Part shown: positions 52,216-64,000 of the stretch, one piece after another
How the letters are laid out: each line of letters begins with the position of its first letter
Numbering within the stretch: position 1 is the first letter of the stretch
Origin: Eledone cirrhosa
Taxonomy: Eukaryota
Assembly: GCA_964016885.1 (NCBI GenBank)
Contig: OZ024754.1
Span: 22,816,001 to 22,880,000, forward strand
Length of the DNA: 64,000 bases
Reading direction: 5' to 3'
The notes under the pieces: model-generated
What the model was told of the DNA's origin: nothing
The model's database searches: none
What the model saw: the letters and a program-made list of their open reading frames with translations, nothing else
Translations under genes and position numbers: made by a program

Positions 52216-52349
52216 AAATAGAGATGATATAACGTATATATATCTTTCGTTTATTACTATTATTATAATATATATATAATCAAAGGTAGAACTATACAAA
52301 CAATCCTCAAAGAAGTTAATTTTTTCCATTAATACTCTGTGTGTGTATA

Positions 52350-52457
52350 TGTTTCTACTTTTGGCACAAGGCCAGGAATTAAAGCAGTGCATTACTGGTA
52401 CTTTATTTTATCCACCCCGTAAGGGTGAAAGGCAAAGTTAACCTCAGCGGGATTTGA
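52350..52457 (-). mobile_element. 5'-truncated tRNA-SINE
   Basis: Core and tail match the other copies. Confidence 0.8.
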
Positions 52458-52530
52458 CCAATCCATCGCCCTTGTTCGGATCTAGCTGTCGAAACGGCCG
52501 GAGCTCAGCCTTCGGGGTCCTGACTCTTTT

Positions 52531-55450
<2,920 letters not shown>

Positions 55451-57004
55451 ATTTTTTGGAAATACCCAAGTTTTGTTTTAAAAAGATAAAATATAAAAAT
55501 GTAAATATACAAGGAAGCTTTTCACACACTGGAATGATAATATATATATATATATATTCTTGCTCAAATAAAGTTATAAAAACAAGTTATATGAAATAAT
55601 AACTTCGGCTGTAGAAATAGCTAAAAATTTGATTTATTCCAAATTTCCATTCTACAAACGTTAGATGAATTGGTTGCCTCTAAATTTTCTAACAAAAACT
55701 TAATGATTTGCTAAATCATTAAATGTTATAAGCAGCGATTACAATTCAATTTTGTATGCTCATTTTAACCCGTTCTCTTTATAAATTTACTTGTTTATCA
55801 ATAGAAGATCTATAAATATGTAAAATTTATGTAAATCACTTTCTATTTGAGATATTCTTTAAGGTTTTTATATAGATTAACTACGTTGTTTTATTATATT
55901 GGTGTAGGTGGGAACTTTTCCCATAAATTGTTTTGTAATCATCGTTAGAATAATATTTCTATATAACGAAAATATAAACCTTTCTCGCTCTGGTCTTATA
56001 TTTTGGTGCGTTGTATTTATGTTTATATTTCTATATAACTGTTTCTGAATATACGTATGTGTGTATATATGTACACACACACACAAATCAGGATGGATTC
56101 TGTTTGAAACTAGTTAGACCATTACTCAACAGAGTACTCGATACTTTGGGTAGTAAAGTATGGTTATATTATGAAGAGTTGGGACCCGGCGGCTGAGCAC
56201 TTGCCGTTTCAAAGTCGAATAGATTGGGTAATGTACCTCTGGAAACTGGGGAAAAAGTGGGAGGAATCGTCTGCGGGCGATTCCTCCCACTTCTTTTTCA
56301 GCCTTAAAAGGTGGTTTTGTTTCAAAGAACCAGAGCCGGTTTTGGTCGGGTTGTTACTAAAGAGCTAAATATGAACCCTTTAAAATTGGTGGTTTTATTT
56401 CATAGAACTAGAGCCGGTTTTGGCCGGGTTGGTAACTAAAGGGTTAAATGTATTTTACCCGACCTATCTACACTTCATCTACACTGTGGCCGACTTCATA
56501 AAGCAAAGCGTGTTTTTTTTATTTCCTCAATGTATCGTAAACGAAAACAATGTTTATATGTACACACACATATATATGTGTGTGTTAGTGACTAGCGGTA
56601 ACATGAATTAACTACGTTACTTGTTCGGTTTTGGTTTTGCGTCTTGTGTAAAAGTTGTACTTATTGTTGTCGAGGTTCATTATGTCCTTTAAACTGACTC
56701 CACCCTCTCTCTCTTTCATCTCTCTCTCTCTCCTCTTTCACGAAAAATCATCGTTTTGGGAATCATTGAACAATAGGTAACTAAAATATTTACTCTGATT
56801 CATCTGATTTATTGCTCGTTAGTGCCCCTCCCCCTCGTCGACTCGTGTGTGTGCGCGCTTATAATGCGTGCGGATCCATGACAAAATACCCAACCCTTAC
56901 CGGATAAACCCCCACATAGTAAAATAATATATAGTGTTAATGCTTCTATAGCTTTAGTTTCTTTTTCTTCTACCCCTCCTTCCAGTGAGTCCTGTCAAAA
57001 GCAC

Positions 57005-57500
57005 CCGTTTTCAACTGATCCGGCTGGATCCCCAAGCAAAACCAGCCGAGCTCATGGATGTTATCCAACCATCTTGCTCGGTTGTTGCCCTGGGTCGCCT
57101 GCCAGTTGGTTTGGTCCGTAAAGTCTGTCTAGCGATTCTTTCCTGAGACATTCTAACTACATGCTCGTAACATCGGAGTTGTGATCTCTCAATTATAGCG
57201 GGAGCTCTTTCTTTAGCCTCCCCAGTAAAGTCTATGCTAAGTGTCTGGCAAAGAGATGTAGGGAAATTGTCCTAATTGATGGACAGTCTGGTTTTCGCCC
57301 TGGAAGACAGCACAGCTGACCAAATCTTCACACTGTGGCAGGTCTTTAAGAAATCAAAGGAGTACTGCCAGGAGGTGTATTCTTGTTTTGTAGACCTCTA
57401 AAAAGTGTGTGACTGCATTCCACGGGACCTACTGTGGAAGGTTCTGCAGGAGTGTGGGATCGATGGTCAGCTTCTTGTTGCCCTTATGTCTATACGAATA
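57005..57500. mobile_element. Decayed LINE RT fragments (3' part on -, 57005-57190; RT part on +, 57250-57500)
   Basis: + strand QSGFRPGR, DQIFTL, CFVDL. - strand gives an RPGQQPSKM-like C-terminal remnant. Confidence 0.7.
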
Positions 57501-58527
57501 CATGAGTATTTGAGTTTTTACAATGTGGGAGTTTTGTCTGCATTCCATCATATGTATGAGTGTTGTATGTGAAATAAATCCCTTGTTGTGTAATGTGTGT
57601 ATCTTGATGCCCACAATCCTGACCTCTACTTCAGTAGTGAGAATGACCATAAAGCCCTTGTGTATTGTGTGTGTATTTTATGTAAGAAGTATTTTGTTCT
57701 GGAAACATTTTTATCATATGATGATTGAACTTCTGGAAGTTTGCTGGACTCATACCAACCTTCACTCAGGCACCCCTGACTCACTGCTCATCAAATTGTG
57801 GCAATGTAAAATAATGTCATGCTTAAAGAGACGTTCATGATCCAAACACCCTTACAACTCGGCCTTCGAACATACATACATTTACACATACACATACATG
57901 CATATATACATATATAGACACATAGATTCAATAGCGGTGCTCCAGCATGGCCTCAGCTTGTCAGCTGGAACACGTAAGAGAGTAATACATTGTCTGAGTG
58001 TATGTGAATATATACTTGAAATAGTATCAGACACACAGAGACATCATTATGCCCGAATGTCTATAAGTATACAATGTCACTGGCCCCGTACAGATAGTAG
58101 TAGATATACTGTAGTTTTTTATCTTGTCTATTAAGTTCTGTTGCTTATCATTTCATTAAAACCTGATACTATATTCTAAAGCTCATAAGCACATGACACT
58201 TCTTGTCAGTTGTGATTCAACACCACTATATTTCTCTCCCTCTCTTGTATGTGTCTATGGACATTAAACGATGATGTTATATATATAATCATCATCGTTT
58301 AACGTCTATCTTCCATGCTAGCATGGGGTAGATGAGTTTGTCCCATTTAAAGGCAAGTTGGGTCGGGTGACCCTGTCTTGCTCATATCGGACTTTCTGGC
58401 TAGTTTTCTATGGCTGGATGCCTCTCCTAATGCCAACCACATTTACAGTGTGCTGGGTGCTTTTTGCCGTGTCTTTTACACAACCCCCTTTACAGTGTGG
58501 ACTGGGTGCTTTATATATATATATATG

Positions 58528-58871
58528 TGCATCAGTTTCCTACATTTTCTATGAACTCCATAACCCTTTACTGTTTCAAAACTTGACACTTTTCATACAA
58601 TTTTGTTTACACACACATATATATATTCCTGACATCACACAAATTCTATGTGTACTTGTTATAGCTTAATTGCTATAAATTAATGTTTTGTCTTTTGTCT
58701 CTTACTCCATTGGACAGCTATAACAAGTACACATAGAATTTGTGTAATGTCAGGAATATATGTATGTGTCAGGAATATATGTTTATGTAAACAACATTAT
58801 ATGCAAAGTTTTAAACTTTTGAAGTGGTGAGGGGTGATGGAGTTCATAGAAAATGTAGACAACTCTGATGC
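58528..58871. repeat. Imperfect ~150-bp-arm hairpin (MITE-like)
   Basis: cacaaattctatgtgtacttgttatagct / agctataacaagtacacatagaatttgtg, plus outer arm matches. Confidence 0.75.
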
Positions 58872-59279
58872 TGAAGATAACTGTAAATACAGTTAACTGC
58901 TATAAACAATAACTTATAAAATTGGGTAAAATACCCCCATAGATGGAAAGATATGAGAATCAATACCTTGTTTCTAATTTATTATTTATAGCAACCGTGT
59001 TTTGCTATTTTCTGCATCTGAGTTTCCTACACCCCCACCCCTTCTCTAGAAGAGGAATATGCATAAACTCTATATGATATATACAATGTAAATCTTGGGT
59101 ACACAAGAGATGTTGCGGGACATCAGGTACACTAACAGGAAAAGAATACTTAATGCGTAAATAATGTACAGGAGTAATTGAGGGGAAGAGCGTTGGTGAT
59201 ATAAATCTTTTCTAATCACATGAAGGTTCCATAGTCATGGTTGATAGGTTCTGTTATTTAGGTGAACTAATGAAGGAGG

Positions 59280-59750
59280 GTGCTCTGAGAGAATGAAGCA
59301 AAAGGTTTCTTCCTAGGTACAAAAGGACATCTGTATGGTGCCTATGTGTGAAGTCCGATGCTGTATGTTAGTGAAACATAGACAGTGGCTACAGAGGACA
59401 TGTGTAGACTGGAAAGAAATGAAGCAGCCATGCTTTGTTGAATGTGCAATGTAAATGTGAGAAAAAGACAGAGCTTGGATAAGCTGGGTTTAAGAGAAAT
59501 CCAAAGTGGAGTGCAAGAGAGAAGACTGCATTAGTATGGATGATGATTGCTGGGTGAAGTGCCAGGAAGTCCTAATGGAAGGAAGCCACAGTAGAGGTAG
59601 ACCAAGGAAGACTTGGGCAGATGTAGTGAGAGATGATCTCAAATCCCTGAGACTCAGAGGAAATGATGAAGGAATCTGGCAAGTGGAGAGATTCTGTGCA
59701 ACCCATGCAAGTGGAAAAACAGACATAAAAACAATGATGGTGATGATAAT
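59280..59750 (+). mobile_element. Decayed RTE LINE 3' fragment
   Basis: RGRPRKTWADVV and a (GAT)n tail; homologous to 1790-2296. Confidence 0.82.
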
Positions 59751-59897
59751 ATGATGAGTGTATGTGCATGTGTGAATTAGAATATGGTGGTGATTAATTG
59801 ATCAAGCACATTTATGAAAATATGAGATGTGGAGTCAATTCCCCTCCATGCTAATCCCCATATTTTTCTGTCATGGGGGTTCGTATGTCTGATATCT

Positions 59898-59992
59898 TAA
59901 CAATTTTGTCTGATGTCCTAACAATTTTGTCTGATGTCCTAACAATTTTGTCTGATGTCCTAACAATTCTGTCTGATGTCCTAACAATTCTG
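59898..59992. repeat. 21-bp minisatellite x4.5
   Basis: taacaatt(t/c)tgtctgatgtcc repeated. Confidence 0.9.
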
Positions 59993-60136
59993 CCAATTTG
60001 CAGAATGATGGTTTATTAAAAAAACTTTTTTTAATTTGTGTTTTTATCACTCATGTAAATCATTTTTTTTAAAAATTCCTTTCAGGGAGCAATGAGTTGA
60101 AAGAAATAGTCACTGCCCACTTACTGCAGTAGAAAG

Positions 60137-60408
60137 ATGGGTGAACCAAGGAAATCTGACAGTCCTGATGTGCATATGATGGCCAAGCCAACATCTACTT
60201 CATACATATTCTTCTCCAACAATCCACTGAAATATCCAAATAATGCAAATACTTCATTGATGTCCACATCTGTAACAACAGCTATGACTACATTGTCAAT
60301 GTCAACAACTGAGGCTCATACAACTCCCAGTTTTGAGCCCTTCGCTAACACAACTTTCCAAGAAGAATCTTTATGTTTACAAGTCCTTTACAAAGATATA
60401 AAAGAAAG
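60137..60408 (+). CDS. TPRA1: TPRA1/GPR175 coding exon 1 (acceptor at 60085/60086, ATG 60137)
   Basis: Ser/Thr-rich N-terminus ending CLQVLYKDIKE. Donor AG|GTTAGC, phase 2. Confidence 0.85.
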
Positions 60409-60843
60409 GTTAGCAAGTGTAAAATTTCAATTTCATGTTCAAAATCTTTTAAATGCCAATTTCATTATATTATGTATTTTATTCAATAGCAATTTTGCTT
60501 CAAATAATGTATTATTAATACCACTTCTGTCTTGCTCAACCCCTACAGATCTTGTTCTAACCACTATACCTAGTCCTTTTTGCCCACAATGTCAGCACTC
60601 TTGAACTCCCTGCTAATGTCTTTTCCAAAGGAATGAACTTGTAATATTTTAAGCAGAACATTAATGGCATCAATTTCTCCAGTCTTAGGAGGTCTATGAA
60701 AGCCATGGGCACTGTCCCTTCCTCCAGACCTAAGAATTAACAAAATGTAGTTACAGTGTTTAAATAGCCCTATTTTATCATCACCACTTAATGTCTATTT
60801 TCCAGGCTGGTATAAAATCGTTAAGACCTACAGGTTGAGATAA

Positions 60844-61059
<216 letters not shown>

Positions 61060-61101
61060 TAGTATTTGTTTTCCAGTTCACATTCAAATTTAAACTATTC
61101 T

Positions 61102-61890
61102 TCTATAGAAAGCTTCTGATACCTGGGTGACCAAATTAGCAGTGGAGGTGAATGTTCCAAAAGTACAGTAGCCAGAGCGAGAATGGGATAGAAAAAGTTC
61201 AGGGAGTTATTACCGCTGCTAGCTACAAAAGGTTTTTCCCTCAAAATGAAAGGCAGATTGAATGAAGCTTGTGTATGAACAGCAATGTTGCATGGAAGTG
61301 AAGGACAAAATCTGCAGAGGACCTAAGATGATTGGAAAGAAATGAAGCTCGCATGCTTCAAGACTAGAATACCCAACTCTACTGTTAATTTGGTCACCCA
61401 AGTATCAGAAGCTGTTAACTGCTTCTAAGGAACCTTCCAAGAATTTGATAGCATTTGTTTCCTCAGAGCAATTTCTACTTACTGCTCCTGTGCAATGGCC
61501 ACATGTAAAACCTACATTCTTAGTTAACCTACTTGAGATCCCACTACATTTCTTATGTACCCATAGTGTAATTTTGGGACAGTGGGTGCAATTTCACCTA
61601 CACTCTGAGCAAGGCCATTTCCTGAGGGGCCCAGGGCCCTGTTTCCCTTCTACTTACTAGGACCTTAGTCTTTGTCAGGTTAACTTTAAGACCCTTTGAT
61701 TCTAAGCTATGCTTCCAGATTTGGAATTTCTTCTCTAATTCTACCATAGATTCAGCTATAAGTGTTAGATCATCTGCATACATGAGTTCCCATTGGCAGC
61801 CAGTCTTAAACTCCTCTGTTATAGCCTGCAGGCTGATAATAAACAGGGGAGGGCTAAGAATAAAGCCCTGGTAGACACCTACCTACATGC
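61102..61890. mobile_element. Two tail-to-tail RTE fragments in a TPRA1 intron (+ 61102-61360; - 61890-61365)
   Basis: The - strand has YADDLTL..GLKVNLTKTK. The + strand has a YLGDQI-like start and the downstream RT part. Confidence 0.82.
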
Positions 61891-62324
61891 TAAATTATAT
61901 ATAATTATATATATATATATGTGGTGAGCTTCCTTACAGTTCCTGTCTTCCAAATTTACTCAAAAGACCTTGGTTGGTCCAGGCCCAGCACAATGGGCTG
62001 AACCCAAAGTCATGTGGTTCTGAGTCAAACTTGTTCACTACACAACATCTGCTCCTCATGCTTTCATTAAAAGGGAAGTGAATTAAAAAACATCTGATTC
62101 ACTGTCCATACATGGGAGACAGCTGATCTTCTACAACACACCTTGCCCAGGCTCATGGCTCAAAGAGGCAAACCCATAGTCATTCAGTCTTGGGAAGAAA
62201 ACTCATGGCTAGTCATAATCGAAGGGAGCCCCTTTTCCTTCCTTTTAATAAAACAAATTCTTACTTTCAGCAGCAGTATTTATTTCAAGCTAATGTAATT
62301 TTAAATAATTTCATTATTTTCTAG

Positions 62325-62414
62325 GTGGTGGTGGTTGTTGGTATCAGTATTTTACGCTGTGTTGTAGCAATGACTGTCAATGCATCTCTACCAGCTGGGG
62401 ATGATGCTGACAAG
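62325..62414 (+). CDS. TPRA1: TPRA1 coding exon 3
   Basis: ttctag|..aag|gtaaac, 90 nt, phase 0/0, VVVVVGISILRCVVAMTVNASLPAGDDADK. Confidence 0.92.
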
Positions 62415-62935
62415 GTAAACACTTTATTTTTATTTTTCCTTTGTTCTTGTCGTTTTCATGTATTCCTTTGTATGTGTAAGCTTGTTGTGGGCCACCAGCT
62501 TGTCTAAGCACTTGGCAGGGTGCAAGAACGCAAGATGCAGGCTCTTGACTCACCATTGGTCAGTGTCAATGTTGTCTGCAGACAACCCATTCACCTCTTG
62601 CTAGCAGGGAAAGCATATGTTAAATGATGATGATGATGATGATGATTATTTTATACATTCTTGTAAAAACACAAACTAGCTGAGTGGATAGGCCAGTGGT
62701 TCCTAACCTTTTCACTACCAAGGACCTCTTTTATTTAAATGGTTCCCCCTTCTCCCACCTACGACAATTACTCCACTCACATTATGTAATAAGAATATTA
62801 ATCGAAAGCAAGAAATGTTTCTACTTGGAAAAGAATGGATACTAATAATGTTTACATATTTTTAACAAAGTACTTGAAAATTTGAATGTGGCTCATGGAT
62901 CCCAACTTGTGAACCACCTTCAATTACCAAACCAT

Positions 62936-63325
62936 CCTTTAGCATTTATATTACTCTACTATTATATTTTCATGGTAAAGGCTTTATCTCTCATAGTTAT
63001 CTCACATAATATGGAATCTACGAGATTTTGAGAACAAGACCTTAACCCTTTAGCATTTACATTATTCTATATTTACTATTGTATTTTCACAGAAAAGGTT
63101 TTATCTCACATAATATCGAATCTGAGATTTTGATATTTCTTTTGAGAATAATACCTTAACATTAGTATGAACAATACCTTAACACTGGTTATGACTGGTT
63201 TGAACAGAAAGAGGTGATATGGCTGGTTTAAGTGCTAAAGGGTTAATGTCAGTATAAGTGGCCAGTTTGAACAGAATGAGGTGAGAGAATTCTGGCCGGA
63301 TACAGCTGGTTTAAATGCTAAAGGG
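62936..63325. mobile_element. piggyBac-type MITE with a same-family MITE (63046-63242) nested in its internal TTAA
   Basis: The inner copy reads TTAA|ccctttagca...tgctaaaggg|TTAA. The outer copy ends tgctaaaggg|TTAA. Confidence 0.82.
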
Positions 63326-63532
63326 TTAAATCCTGCAAGAATGAAAGGAAAAGTTCTCTAAATAAATATTCAATTTTGAGTTATCTACTATGAAACCAAA
63401 AAGTAAACAGCTGTGTGTTATGTATTTTGGAATCCAAAATGTTTACCTAATTCTTCCAACCTCTCTTTTTCACTATATCTTCTTTTAAACACATCCAGAA
63501 AAATCTAAGGATAATTCTTGTTCCACTTTCAG

Positions 63533-63605
63533 ATTTTATGGCTTATTCTAAGATTTTTCCTGCTAACAACTGAGTTGTCATTAGTCATTTTTGGATTTGC
63601 TTTTG
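63533..63605 (+). CDS. TPRA1: TPRA1 coding exon 4 (gene continues beyond the window)
   Basis: tttcag|..g|gtaagt. ILWLILRFFLLTTELSLVIFGFAFG matches TPRA1 [25 protein letters not shown]. Confidence 0.93.
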
Positions 63606-64000
63606 GTAAGTTTCCTAACAGCTTCATGTACATCAATGTTCTTAGAGACACACGTCATATTTCTCCTCTTTTCAATCCCTCCCCGTTTTCAATTGTTCTC
63701 TAGTAATTCTTTTACCTAAACATCAAATTTACACAAGCAATCTTTTCAAAATCAATAATTGTTTAATCTCATCAGTTTTTTTGTGAGCTGTTAATTAGTG
63801 AGCTCTCATATAGCTGGGTATATTGATGGTATTTCATTTGATATATACACAATGTACACTCACTTTAGTTGGGTATTTTATGAATATATATATTTGTGGC
63901 CACAAAAAAGTTTTTTTTCAGATAGACTTTCACTAAAATAAATGATTTAATACTTTAGTTCAGTTAATAAAATTTATTTTACATTTGTGCAAGTGTTTCA

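Noticed and set aside
60409-60604. C-terminal half of ORF 60137-60604
   Set aside because: Intronic read-through. TPRA1 similarity continues in the exon at 60918.

Overview
This is AT-rich, repeat-dense animal DNA. The SINE, RTE, Penelope and microsatellite content suggests a cephalopod such as an octopus, which is an inference and not tested. Host genes recognised: intronless monothiol glutaredoxin GLRX5 (5304-5741, -), four coding exons of TPRA1/GPR175 (60137-63605, +, continuing past the window end), and one RRS1-like exon or fragment (~45089-45168). The rest is mostly nested mobile DNA: two deleted Ty3/Gypsy elements, a non-autonomous LTR element plus a solo LTR, four Penelope-like element (PLE) copies with inverted pseudo-LTRs, a CRE-like retrotransposon carrying a PHD finger, RTE LINE fragments, tRNA-SINEs, Tc1/mariner and piggyBac MITEs, a Helitron remnant, palindromes up to about 2 kb and a 2.9-kb TA satellite. 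The most striking signal missed by the ORF track is about 15 hammerhead-ribozyme motifs from 6-7 sequence families. About nine have canonical cores; the rest are variant or degenerate. They lie in PLE pseudo-LTRs, in a retrozyme-like tandem repeat and in a near-perfect 670-bp palindrome. All calls were made by eye and no database search was run.
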